64,000 nt of DNA from Salpingoeca rosetta (lineage: Eukaryota > Protista > Choanoflagellata), in contig JAWQFM010000032.1 in assembly GCA_033442325.1 (NCBI GenBank), forward strand, positions 446,112 through 510,111, given 5' to 3'. Both the position numbers and the translations under genes were made by a program. A model generated the notes under the pieces. That model was not told the origin of the DNA, did not search any database, and saw only the letters and a list, made by a program, of their open reading frames with translations. Numbering within the stretch: the first letter of the stretch is position 1; every line of letters starts with the position of its first letter. This document shows positions 42,801 through 59,360 of the stretch, in pieces.

Positions 42801-45800
42801 CTGATGATGGTGGTGGTGATGGGTATGGGAGCGATGAATTTGAGGATGATGATGATGACAATGATGACAATGCGGGTGACAGCGATGATGATGGTGATGA
42901 TGGTAATGACAGGGAAGAGGAAAGGGAGGATGAGGAGGAAGCAAGTGCAGATGCAAGCGAGGAGAAGACGGAAAAAGAAGACACCACCTCACCGGATGAT
43001 GCCCACAGCGCAGAAGCGCAGGAAGAAGCCGCCACCACCACCACCACTGCTGACGACGATGATGGTGAGGAAAGCGCATCAGCCAAGCAGCAGGACGGAG
43101 AAGAAGCGGAACAAGAAGAGGAAGGGGAAGAACAGAACAAAGAGGCAGAACAGAACAAAGAGGAAGAAGAGGCAGAACAGAAAGAAGGGGAAGAGAAAGA
43201 AGAGAAGGAGCAGGGAGACAACGGTGGCAGCACGAGCAATGGCAGCGAGGATGCATTGTTGCCGTCGCCTCCTCCCGTTGCTGCTGCAGTGGATGCAGCT
43301 GTTGCTGAGCGTACGCTGGGCGTTGTGGACCGTGACACGCTGCTGTCACAGGCGCAGGCGGAACAAAATGCCAGCTTGCTCAGTCAAGCAACGGTCCTGC
43401 GCAGCGTGGAGGAGCAGCACGCCCAGGCACCGCCCCCAAATGACACGCACATCACCAAGGAGGACTCACAGCAGGCGTTGAAGCAGCTGCCGGCAGCCAT
43501 GAAGCCCAAGCCAAGCCCACTCAAGGTGTTGCCTGCAGGCAGCAAGCGTGCGCTGCCACGCCCACCTGACAACCCACGGTTGGGTGCGCGCGGAGGGCAG
43601 GACACGCGCGCGGCTGTCATGCGTTCCCGCTTCCTCAGGAAGGCGAACCACGTCACCGACGACGACGGTGCTGACGCTGCTAACGCTGCTGATGATGGTG
43701 ACGGTGCTGATGATGGTGACACTGGTGATGCTGCAGTCGAAGCCAGCAAGCAGGATGTGGTGACGAAGGAGAACCAAGAGGAGAAGCAAGCAGCCCAAGA
43801 ATCCACTGAGGAGGAGGAAGAGCAGAAGCAGGAGGAGGACAGCGCCCCAGCACCCGTTCGCTTGACATACGCTCAGGTGGCGAAGAAGCCAGCGACAACA
43901 CCAGCACCAACACCAACACCAACAACGGCTGATGACGACAACACGGCTGAAGACGAGGCACAGACGACAGCGAAGGAAGTGAAGGGTGACGAGCAAATGG
44001 AGAAAGAAGAGAACAAGGAGGAGACGGCCCCAGCCGATGAGTCGATGGCTGCTACTGAAGCGACTGCAGAGCAGAGTGAACAGACCGAGACGGACAAGAG
44101 CGCAGATGAACAGCAGGCGGGGAGTGCGGAACACAGCGAGGCTGCGAACGCGCCCTCTGCGACACCCAGCGAAGACAACAGCTTGCCGGACGACGCAGCA
44201 GCAAAGGAGACTGATGCTGATGATGGCGCTGGTGATGCAGTTGCTGCCGCCGATGGTGATGGTGTGAAGCGTGATGACGACTTGTCCAACGTGAAAACGG
44301 AGGCAGAGCAAGGCGAAGAAGTGGCGAAGAAAGAGGAGGAAGAGGAGGAAGAGGAAAAGACAGAAGCTGCTGCCGACAGTGGTGCTGGTGATGGCGACAA
44401 GGATGCGCAAGACGAGGAAGAAGGTAGCCACGACGCTGCCGCCGAAAGCGAAGGCAAGCAAGATGCAGACGAGGAAGCACATGCCACTACTGGTGCAGTC
44501 GGTGATGCTGCTGAAGAAGAAGAAGAGGATGATGATGATGACGAGCCTGTGTCTGAGCCGCCATCACCACCTCCCACGACGAGTGCGGTTGCCAGCGGTG
44601 GTGGTGGTGACCTGGAGCTGAACGTGTCCACAGTGTCATGGCAGGAAGACGGCGAGGCGTCAGAGGCGTTTGACGCACCGCCACCGCCACCGCCACAGTC
44701 CCAGCCAGGCGACGAGGGCACGACAACACCAGCAGCGACCGGCAAAGACAGTGATGGCGATGACGACGGCGATGATGAGCTGTTGGCTGATTCGATGGGC
44801 GACGTGAGCGTCATGTCGATCGATCCGCTCTCTGAAGAGTTCTCTGTTGCGCTCAGCGAAGACGAAGAAGACCAGGATGAAGGCAAGGAGGATAAAGACA
44901 AGGAAGCACAAGCAGAGGAAGAGGAGGAAGAGAAGGAGAAAGCAGAGGAAGAGCAAGCAGAGGCAGAGGAGAAGGAAAGGCAAGCAGAGGAGCAAGAGGA
45001 TCAGGAAGAAGCTGATACTGATGCGTCTCCTTCCTCTGCACGTCATGACGGCGCAGCGGACGGCAGCACAGCTGACGAGGCAACAGCAGAGCCAGAGCAG
45101 AAGGCGGAAGCGTCCGCAAGCGCTGCACACACGGCAGAGACAAAGGCGGACAATGAAGAGGAAGAAGAAGAAGAGGAGGAAGAAGGAGCAGCACCAAGTG
45201 GTGTCGATGCCAAGGCAGAGGCTGCTTCCGCCCACGATGATGATGAAGAGCCAGAAGGAGAAGAGGTGGAGGAGGGCACTGAACAACCACCAGCCACTGA
45301 AGCCGGGAAGGATGCGCCTGTGGCGCAGCCGCAAGACGAGCAAGCGGAGAAATCCCAGCAGGAGGAGAAGGAGGATGAGGCTGTGGCGTCACCGGCACCA
45401 AAGCCCATGCGACCAGCACCGCCGCCGCCGCCAACCACCGCCGCCGAGGAGAAGGAGGACGAGGAAGAGGAAGCAGAGAAGGAGGGAGAGGACAAGGAAC
45501 AAGAGAAGGAACAAGAGAAGGAGGAAGGCGAAGAAGAAGAAGCAGAGGAAAAGGAGGAAGAGGAGAAGGAAGAGGACAAGAAGAGTCACGGTGAGCCTGA
45601 AACCCCTGTCGTAGATGTGTTTGCCGACGATGAGGAACCACAGCCCGAGACGGTGAAGACCAGTGAGGAGGAGGAAGAAGGCAAAGAGGATGAAGAAGAG
45701 GAAGATCAAGGGGAGAAGGAGGGCAATAAGAAGAAGGAGGGAGAGACGAACAAGAGCACGGAGCCGAGGGCAGGCGACGACAGTGACAATGACGACGTGG

Positions 45801-47685
45801 ACGATGCAGATGCCGCGCCAGATGGGTACGAGAGCGACGTGTCTGTTGCGGAGGTGCTGAAGAAGGTTGAGGACTCCACAGCATCGCTTGGGGAGCACGT
45901 CAAGGCCGATGAGGAGGCGGAAGCAGAGGCAAAGAACGAGGAGAAGGAAGGCGAAGTTGTGGCGGGGAGCGAAGAGGAAGAGGAGACGGCAGCAACGGAA
46001 GAAAAGGAGGAGAAGCACGGTGGTGCGGAAGGCGACAAGGCAAGCGAGGGCAAGGAGACGGACGACGACGATTGGAGCGATGATGAGGATTCAGAAGCGG
46101 CACAGACCAAGGCAGACGCAGCAGAACAAGAGAAGCAACAGGAAGAGGAGAAGGAAGAGGAGAAGGAACAAGTTGTCAGTAATGATGACGGTGCTGATAG
46201 TGGTGCTGGTGCTGCGACGGCTGACGAAGACAAGGAGGAAGAAGAAGGGGAGGGAAGCAGTGAAGCCACAGCAGCCCGTGCGAAATCTGATGCAGAGGCA
46301 CTGAGCCAAGCCAAGGCCGGTGAAGATGGCAGTGATGAGCAGCCTGCGGCGGCCGTGTCCTCATTGAAGAACAGCACGACAGCTGGCATCACCTCACCCC
46401 CACAGCGGCCCAAGCGCCGTGTTGTGAAGCTGCCGCCTGCCCGTGCACTCACAGAGACCGGCGATGTCAGGTACGAACTCATGTCGATTGCCGACACTTG
46501 TGCAGTTGTGATGGCGGTACTGGGGGCGTGTGCTCGTTGGCAGCTGCACGTTCGTCCATGCAGTTTTTGTATTCCATTTTGGCGAGCTTCACCTTTGCAT
46601 CAGCTGCTCATCTTTGTACACCAGTCAATCTTCACCGTCAACATGCTCACTGTGCCATCTCCCGACCACCACCGCACTCACCTTCACCAACACCATCATC
46701 ACCACCATCACCACCACCACCACCACACATCAGGTCGTCGCTGAAAGGCAGCCGTCCCGCCGAGAAGAAACCGCGCACACGCGTTGGATTCCAGACAACC
46801 GTGAGCGTGCGCCGTTACACGCCCATGGAAGGCGAACACGACGGGTGAGATGGCGGCACGTGCCTGTGATTCTTTGTTTGTTCGTAAATGTATGTGTGTG
46901 TGTGTGTGTGAAAGTGCGTATGTATGTGGGTGAAAGTGCGTATGTATGTGTGTGAGAGAGTGTGCGCGTGCTGTCCATGAGCAAGTTCTTCCGCAAACTC
47001 AAACACACACACACACGCACACATGCTTACTTCCATCAACGCTCACCTCTTCCTCCACCTCCAATGCAGGGCCATGCTGCATCCGAACCTGGATCGGCTT
47101 GACGATGACGACGACGATGATGACGATGAGAGCGACACGGACAGCGAGGACGACAGCAAGACGAGGAGCAGCGGCAGTGGCAGTGGCAGCGGTCCAATCC
47201 ACACCAGGGCTGCCGGCGGGCGGGCGCGTGGCCCGAAGGCAGCCCCTGCGCCCTCGCCGCTTCGCCCCGACAAGTTCAACCTGGCGCTGTTTGACTCTGC
47301 CCTCGACGGCTTTGACAAGGCCATGGCGGAGATGGAGGGCAACGAAAGCAGCAGCAAAGACAAGAGCAGCATCAGCAGCAAAGCGGCCACGAGTACCGGC
47401 AGCGGCAAGGGCGATGGCGAGGCAAAGGACAACAAGGCCACTAGTGCCAATACGGGCAGCGCGAGCACGGCAGCGGGCCGTCATCGGCGGCGCCTGACAC
47501 CCCGCAACAGCATTGGGGAGGAGGATGATGACCTGCTCTCTGCCGCCCGCAAGCGCTCTTCGCTCACATCATCATCGACAACAGCAGCGTCGACAACAGC
47601 AGCATCTGCGTCATCTTCGTCAAGCGGCGGAAGAAGGACGTCGTCGTCGCTGTCAAGCCTTGCCGATCTGCCATCGCTCAAGTGA
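38456..47685 (+). CDS. ERICH3: Glutamate-rich protein 3-like (DUF4590) ciliary protein with a very long acidic region
   Basis: YNPLEDKYLSGFLSRPHMIKHLQKAGLITKDG matches the ERICH3 N-terminal motif. ETFSIQSRR...LVFIANGVTLARLSCCCEYKH...GGPCLRC matches DUF4590. E/D-rich exon at 42690-46470; stop at 47683-47685. Start codon uncertain. Confidence 0.88.
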
Positions 47686-48286
47686 TGATATGATGATGAC
47701 AATGGTGACTGTGTGTGATTGTCATTGCACCCGGTGTGGCGTGAGATGGCATTTGCGACAGTGTGTTATTTTGTGATGTGCTTACTTACCGCCCTTTTCT
47801 AATGACATGACATCAGGGTGTTGTTTGTGTTCAGTGATGGCTTTGGTTCAGATACATCTAGATGCGGGCTTGCTCTGTGTGTGTGTGTGTGCTTTTTGCT
47901 CGTTATTTACGTCATCGCATGTGCTTGATTGACCCTCTCCCTTGTGTGTGCACACGTGTACATATGCTTCCACACAAGGAGATGGGTTGTGCTGTGCGTT
48001 CAGTGTGTTTTGATGAAGGGCGCGTGCATTCAAACTGTTCATTGGGCAACACAATAATGCGGCATGCCATGTATTTGCGAGTCAAAAGCAAGGGTGGTGT
48101 TGTCAGGACAGTTGCGAGGACGAGATGCCGAAAAGGAATGAAACAGAAGCAAGGGCGACGACTCAATAGCTGTCATTCATCACGAGCGCAGTTGTGCACG
48201 AAATACAAGACACAAAGACACGAAAGCAGCGCCGACAAGCGCACTCTCTCTCGAGAGGATGTCCTCGGCTTCACAGCTGTCATACC

Positions 48287-48344
<58 letters not shown>

Positions 48345-48367
48345 CACAACACAACACACACACACAC

Positions 48368-48410
<43 letters not shown>

Positions 48411-48433
48411 CGTTCTTCTCATGTCATTTCCTC

Positions 48434-50134
48434 TCATGCGCGGTCGAAGAAGAACTTGTAGTGAGACGAGCTGCCTGCAGGCAAGCGGGAGCGAGCAGGA
48501 CACGCGAGGAGAGGGAAGGAAAAACAACCCACACAGTTCAGTAATAGCAGTACAAAGGTGAGTATGGGCAACCGAGTGACAGCTTCTTTGTTCCCCACCG
48601 TTTATTATCTCTCCATGTCGACGCACGTACCGACGTCCTGCCCGTAATACTGCACGAGGTACTCGCCGGAAGGCAGCTCTTGCTGCACGGTGGTGGTTGC
48701 GCAGGATGCGCAAGCAGTGCAGGATGTGCCCTGTCATGCCAGAAGAGGCATGGCAACGTACATGCGGCATCACAAAGCGAGGTGGAGTGAGTTGAGGCTG
48801 CATTGCAGACAACAGGAGGCACAGTTCTAGTTTCTTCATCACGGGGTCGAAGCGGAACACGCAACGTTCACGTCGTTATGTTATTTTTGCTGTTACATTG
48901 TTGTGGTTGACATGATTGTGGCTGTCATGTACATTGCACACGTACAAAGCTGATTGGGCTGACAGACACTGGTCCCGCAAGTGAAATTTTGCAGCAATCA
49001 TCAACGCGACCTACAATGCCCATACAGCGGGGTAATGTAGTGCACAGCAACACTGGGTGAGGGGTGGATTTGTGATGGTGAAGCGAAAGAAGTAAACATG
49101 TGGACAGCGAGACAGCACCCCAGCAGCAACACAAGTATTTTCTTTGAAAGCAGTCACGCAGGATGACACTGCAGTGAGTGGGTGGAAGTCGATGGGCTTA
49201 CAGGTGAAGTTGTATGTTCCCTGCGCGATCTGCACCCTGGAGATTGCCGTGAAAGCAGTGTTGCTACCAAAGCTACCTCCTTCCAGATACGTATTCTGGT
49301 GCGAGGTCGAGGTCTCGCATGCTGGAAATAGTAAAATAGAATCGGCGCACAAGCGGTGCAGTCGGGCATGACTTGAGGTGAAGGCAATGAACAGCTGCGT
49401 GTAAGGGTGTGTGCGCATGTGTGTGTGTGTGTTTATTTGCAACCAAAGCCAAAGCATCTGTCACAAGCGTCAAGACCATAAGCTGCACGTGGATAATCTA
49501 ATGCATTTAACCACCACGTCACAGCACTTGCCTAACAGGGAGCCACTGAAGCGCCACTGGCCTTCGGCACAGCCGTCAGCACCAAGCTGATTTGGGGTTG
49601 GGCGGTGAAGCAGTGGTTTTGTGTGGGTACGTGTTGAAAGTGTGTGTGTGTGTGAGAGAGTGAGAGAGAGTGTGTGTATGTATGTATATGTATGTATGTG
49701 TATGTGTGTGTGTGTGTGAGTGAGTATGTGTGAGACAGAGAGAGAGAGTGTGTGTGTGTGTGTGAGAGAGAGACGTGAGTACATGGGAACGTCAAGTGCA
49801 GTGATATGTGGGCTCGTTTCACTTGCGCCACTTTCTGTGTTGTGGTGTCGGCATGTCAGTTGTGTGGGAGAACCACAAAGACATACAGCCACATTGACGG
49901 AACGCACCACTCTGATGCCGCCTGGAAGGCAGAGGGGCCCGTTGCTGGCTGTGCAGTTGGTTGAGAGCAGGAACTCGCCCTCGCCACAATCTGTGCACGA
50001 CTTGCAGGACGTTTCTGTGACAGTAATTGGGGGGGGGGGGGAAGGGGGGGATGTTCAGGGAGAGTGCAGGTGAGGAAAGGGTTTGGAATGGGAAGGGAAG
50101 GAAGGCACGTGGGCTCACACGTGACATGGGCGTA

Positions 50135-50206
<72 letters not shown>

Positions 50207-50951
50207 GCGGTGTTGGGCATTGTCTTGGTATGTGCCCGGTGGACACGGCATGCACTGGTTCTCTGTGGTCTGATCGCTAGTGCAAGGGACCATGTATGTG
50301 TCTTGGCCGCAGTGGGTTGGGACGCACGGTTGGCAGCTGGTGTCAAGACCTGTGCCGAGCTTGGACGTAAAGGCGGGGCAGCTGGAGCACTTGTTTTGCT
50401 CTGCTTCCGTGCACCACTGGCTCACATATTGGCCTGGGAGTGAACGAAGAGAAAAGCAAGCACAGCACAGCAAGGAGAGGATATGTGTTTTTATAGTTGT
50501 TGTGCATACGTGTGGGTGCGTGGGGGAAATGAAAGCTTGTGGATGTGTGGATGTGTGGATGTGCGTGTATGTGCGTGTGTGCGTGGGCGCTTTTTCGTTC
50601 ATCCCCTGTCCAACCGCCCCTCCCCCCTTTTTCCTTCGCCCACCCACGTACCCGCGTTTCCAAGATTCAACAACACTGACCTGCGGGGCATGATTTGAGG
50701 CAACGCTCGGCGTTGCTGGCTGTGACCGTGGAGAACACGGCGCCAACATCCACGCCGTTGATAAACACGGGGTACTGGTTTGGATCCGACGAGTTGATGT
50801 GGAAGGCGCCCGTGCGATCCTCCAGCATGACCACTTCGCCAACCGCTCCCCACTGACCTTCTTGATAACCGAGGAGAACAACGCCAAGCACGCTGCTCAG
50901 CACCAGCACCACTGAGGTGGCTGAGGCAGAGACAGGGGCGGAGTAGACCAT
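48434..50951 (-). CDS. Secreted or surface protein: hydrophobic N-terminus, TNFR-like Cys-rich repeats, putative PA14/GLEYA-like C-terminal domain
   Basis: Exon 50951-50681 (VVLVLSSVLGVVLLG...FHINSSDP...VFINGVDV...CLKSCPAG). Exon from 50433 (QYVSQWCTEAEQNKCSSCP...CQPC...CGQDTYMVPCTSDQTTENQCMPCPPGTYQD), then ETSCKSCTDCGEGEFLLSTNCTASNGPLC. 3' exons give QGTYNFT|CRVDDCCKISLAG, QELPSGEYLVQYYGQDV|GSSSHYKFFFDRA*. Middle exons are unresolved. Confidence 0.72.
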
Positions 50952-51180
50952 TGCCGTCGATTAGGTCGATTGGTGTGTGTGTGTGTGTGTGTGTGTTGGG
51001 GAGACCAAAATGGATTGATTGTTGTGTTCTGTTTTGCTTGCACGCACTTTGCACGACGATCTTAGAGCCTTACCTCTCTTCCGTTCCTTATCCGTGCATG
51101 GAATCCGTTCACAAAAAAAAAGAAGTCGCATTGCAAGGGTAAGTGCACAATTCCAACCAACACTAACGCAACAACCAAAG

Positions 51181-53973
<2,793 letters not shown>

Positions 53974-54151
53974 GCAACCCAGCAACAGTCACAACCACCA
54001 CCAGCAACGTGGACAACAGGACAACTTTGACTCCCCAACAATAAACGAGAACGAGCCAGAACGGAGAGATGCAAAGATCAACAAAGTTCCACACAAGCGC
54101 ACAGGCAGGCTGGCAGACAGACACACACACACACACATACACACACATACA

Positions 54152-54259
<108 letters not shown>

Positions 54260-55054
54260 CACACACACACACACACTCACACAGAACCCACCCACACAGT
54301 GCAATTCTGTCAAAAGCTGGTTTTCATATGGGTGATTTTCTGCATTTGGATAAAAGAGGCAAGAAAAAGGCCAGTGAAATTCTCGCGCCGAGTGCTTGGA
54401 AAATCTGCGAAAGACTGCGAAAGAGGTGAGGAAGACTGAACGGAAGGTGCAGAAAACACTGAAAGCAACGGTAAGCAGACGAAGCGGAAGAAGCAAGCCA
54501 CGCTGGCTGGCTGGCAGCGTTTGATGGGTTGATGGTGATGATGGTGATGAAGTACGTGGGATGATGATATGATGCAGCGCACTGAGCCAGGGGGTTGGCG
54601 GCGGAGGAGGAGGCAAGGGAGAGTGTGGGCGCAGCTTGTTGTGCCTTGACGTTGTGCAAGCGGCGCAACCTCCTTGTGCCTCGTTGTGCGCCAAGCAACA
54701 GCCCGGCTCCCACAGCTGTGCCTGCAGTGCCACCCATTCTGTTCACGTCGCACACTGACTCACATGTTACGTCACATGTACCACGCCACCGCTTCGGTGG
54801 ATCGTGCTGCTCTGCATGCTGTGTTGAATGCCGTGGCTTGCGATCTTGGGTGTCATGATCGCGCCATCGCTTCGGCTTGTTGTGGTGCCAGGTGTTGTCA
54901 GCACATCACAGCGCATCACTGGATCTTCTGAACAAGGAAGGACTGCAGCCAGAATTGCTAGTTCGGTGCTCGCTTTGCTTGCGACACAACAACCGCAGCT
55001 GCACACACCATGCCGTGTTGCCCTGGACGCAAGACAAAGCGTCAGTCCGTGCGC

Positions 55055-57526
55055 ATGCAGCGACAGGAGATGACCGAGCGTGCACTTCAGCAGGAGCGAG
55101 AGGAGCAGTCCAACCTGGACCTTGAGGAAGACACTGCCGGCGTGCAGCTCAGTGAAGTGGGCTCTGCAGCCGCTGGCCACCAAGGTGCATGATGAGCTCT
55201 GTGCGTGCCGGGAGGGGGGGACGGGGGCGGCTTTTTTTTTGAGGGGGGGGGGAGCGAATGTGTGGTGAGTGAGCTGATGGCTGCCGGCTGCTGGCGAATG
55301 CGTGGTGTCTTTCGGTTGGTGTGTTTGTGTTGTCCTGCACACGTGTGCTTGTTGGTGCGACTCACGCCTCTTGCATCTCTCTGGTGCTGTTCGTGATCAT
55401 GATCGGCCGACAGATGTGCAAGCCTCAGCAGAGTACATCAAGACCATCGCCCGCGTGTTCGAGCTGGTGCGTTGGCTTACAGAGTGGGTGGTTGAGGTGT
55501 GCGGGGATGAGCGAGTGGATCAGGTAGAGGGCTCCGGAAGAAGGGGGCGAACGAACAGCATACCGTGGGATCAGCAGTGCGAGCACACAGCTGTTCCAGA
55601 TGCATATGCTAACATCCTCTGGTGGCTGTTGCTTTCTTCCTCCTCTGCTTGTATCCCTTCCTCCTCTGCTTGTATCCCTTCCTCCTCTGCTTGTAAATTC
55701 CCTGCTCCTCTCATTGCCACGTGCGCTGCTGATCGTTGGTTGTGCTGCGTGCATGACAGGCCAAGGAACAGGAAGCACCCATGGCAACCGCACAGGCTTA
55801 CGTACGTCCATGACACACCAATTGTGCAGCATTGATCCAATCGTTTGTGTGGGCATGTGTGTGTGTGTGTGTGGGCATGTGTGTGTGGAGTGTGTGTGTA
55901 TGTGTAAGTGGTGGCTCGTATCAGTTGTGTGCCATATCAGCTGTGTTCTTTGCTGCTGTTCCGTTAATTCGTGATCGAACGCACGGCGTGCTCTTTCTTC
56001 CCTTTTGCAGATGATGAATGCGATTGAGCGCGCCTCTGCGATGCTCAGCACGTGCGAAGACAAGCTCAAGGCCTGCGACAGCCAGCTCGGCGAATGGGTG
56101 CGGGCCGGGTTGCAGTGGTGTGAGAAGTGGAGGGTGGGGGAGGAAGAGGCGTGTTTTCTTGCTTGCATGTATGTGTTTGTGTTTGTGCTTGTGCTTGTTT
56201 GTGTGCTTGTGGTTTTATGTGTGCTTGTGCGTGTGTGTGCTTGTGGTTTTATGTGTGCTTGTGTGCGTGTGGAGTGTTCACAAAGTCCAGGTGGAGCGAG
56301 AAGCAAGCATGCTGGGATCTGGTGTTGTGGCATTTGTATTCTTAATTGCATGTGTGTCATAGATTGCTCGGCCCTCACACACATGCGTGTGAACTCGTGT
56401 GCGTGCGGGTTTTGCTGTGTGCAGGCTGGCTCTGTTGCGAGCGCCACTGAGGGTGAGAACACCGACAACGCGGCCACCATCGAGAAGGTAACATAATGAA
56501 CTGGCCGCCTCTTGTGACCCACTGGCACTTGCGATAGAGGCATGCGGTGGTGTGGCAGCCCGTTCAGCAGCCCGTTCAGCAGCCCGTTCAGCATGTACAC
56601 ACCTCACACATGCGTGCTTGTGTGCTGCTCGTGCTGATGTTGCATGTGTGTGCATGTGTGCACGAGTGTTCGCATACCCACATTGTTCTCCATGCGCGGT
56701 TATGCTCACGTATCTGTGCATGTTTCACGTGCGTGTGCGTGTGCGTGTGTGTGTGTGTGAGCAGATGAAGAATGAGCTGCTCATCACGTCGCAGCTTCGC
56801 TCCGCCTTTGTTCTCGCTTGGGTTCGTCAAACGTGTGAACTGTTATCGCTACAACTTTGGAGCTTGCAGCTGTCTGCACCCGTCTGCTTGCTGTTGGTGC
56901 CCATTGTTCTTGAGGCTTGCGTGTCGTTGACATGTCTCACCGTGTGCATACTGCTTACTGTCTACATCCCCATGCGTGCGTGCATGCATGCATGCAACTG
57001 CCGCGTTGTGTTGTTTTTTTTTTATCTTGTTTTGTTATGTTTCACATTGACAGACGCAGGCCAACGAAGACCTCAAGTCCGCGTCATCCTGGTGCACCAA
57101 GGCAGCGGAGGCGTGCACGTACGTTAGCATCCGAAAAATTTGATCCAAGCTTCCCATGCAACCACAAGCCTCGCACACGCATGCACACCTCCTCCTCCTT
57201 TCATCACGACACCTTATCATCTCACCACCGCCACCACCGCCACCACCATCATCACACCACCACCATCACCACCACCATCACCATCATCTCACCACCATCA
57301 TCACACCACCAACCATCGCCACCACCACTCGCCACCCTTTGACAGGAGTTTCATTGAGCCAGCGCGCCAGCTGGAGGAGGACGGACGTTCCCCCTCAGAC
57401 ATGATCAGCGTCTGGTTCACAGAATACGTCGCAGCCATGAACGTGTGTAGCCATGGCTCAAGGCTTTTCGTGTGTGTGTGTGTGTGCGTGTGTGTGTGTG
57501 TGTGTGTGTGCGGCGGTGGTGTCGCC

Positions 57527-57617
<91 letters not shown>

Positions 57618-59184
57618 TGCCTTTGTGGGTATCACTGTTTTGGTGACGGGCAGGTGTCGTGCTCACGATGTGGAGGCATGCCTCATCTTCGTATTCATGC
57701 CGTTCTTCTCGACGTTTGTCATCTATCTGCAGAAACTGCACGAGCTGTACAATGACCTGGGCGCCATGTGTACGTCCTGCCTCCACTACATCGACGACCC
57801 AAAGTACTGCGCTTTGTGCAGGCGGTGCTGGTGTTCACGTACATCGTGTGTGACATCGTGTGTGCGTGTGTGCGCGTGTGCGTGCAAGTAGTCTTATTTG
57901 CTCTGCGCGTTTCGAGCGTTGTGAGTGTTGCACACCCTCACCACACCGTGCCTCACCTGCTTCCTGTTCCTTACCCTCGTGTCACCCCCCCCCTCTCGCC
58001 GTCATTCCGTCAGGTTCAGTGAGGACTTTATCACCGATCTCCACGAGCAGATCCTCGCCCTCCCGACAGAGGTGCAACCACCACCCTGGCCCTCGCATGC
58101 TCTAGCCTTTGTTGGCGCGCGTATGCTTACACTCCTGTGCGTGTGCATGTGTGTATGTGTGTGTGTATGTGTGAACATCACATCACATGTCCATCTTGTT
58201 TCGCTGACTCACTACCTCCTTGTCACCACCACCACCACCACAAAATAGGGTTCGCAGGCAGAAGGGCTCGGCGCGTTGGACGAGCGCCTGACGCGTGCGG
58301 GCGAGACTGCCGCCCAGCTGCGTGAGCTGGTGGCGGCGCAGGTGGAGAGCATCAGCGCAGCGCCCCGCTCCCACTTTGAAACGCTCGAAGTCGTCAACGG
58401 CGAGCGCCTGGTGCGGCAGTGGGGGAAGGGGAGGGGGAGGTGATGAAAGGGAGTGACTTTTTTTTACGGCCGGGAGAGGGGGGGGGGGAAGGTTTGGCAA
58501 AACAACAGTTGAACAAGGGTTGAAGAGGGAAAGGGGCGTGGGAGAGATGTTACGAGGAGGGAGGCAGGGAGATGTTGCTGTGCGGTGTTGCTTTCTGTGT
58601 CTTGTGTTCACCTCTGAAATGCTTCCGCCTCCCTGCGCACCAAATCTCTCTTGCACCACCAGTCGCTTGACAAGGAGTACTTTTCTGTGCTGCTGACGCC
58701 GGCGCACTCGATCGACGTCACCCTCCTCGAGGACCTCCAGGCATACGAGGTGTGCTGGTGGTGGTGGTGGTGGTGGTGGTGGTGGTGTTGCTGACACCGT
58801 TTTACTGAAACCGTTGCGTCATTCGTGCCTTCATTCATCCACACACACACACACACACACTCACTCACTCACTCACTCACTCACTCTCACACACACACAC
58901 ACACACGCACGCACACACACACACATGCACACGCACGCCCATTGCCTGCATGCACAGCTTGCTGGGTACGGCAGTGCCCTTGCCTGTGCTGCTGCAACGG
59001 ACTGCGTGGGTGTGGCCAACACGATGCTGGAGCGCGCCAAGCAGCACGTGACCGCCGTCGTGGACGCGTGCGGATCGTTCTCGCTCGCCGATGAACACCG
59101 CACCAACACGCAGGAGCTTGCAGACAAAGTCACGGTCAGTGGTTGTTGATAGGGAGGAAGCGTGTGCTGCTCCTTTCTGGTTGG

Positions 59185-59252
<68 letters not shown>

Positions 59253-59328
59253 CTTGCTGTTGCTGTTGCTGTTATTGTCATTGTTGTTGCTGTTGCTGTT
59301 ATTGTTGTTGCTGTTGTTTAAGTTGTTG

Positions 59329-59360
<32 letters not shown>

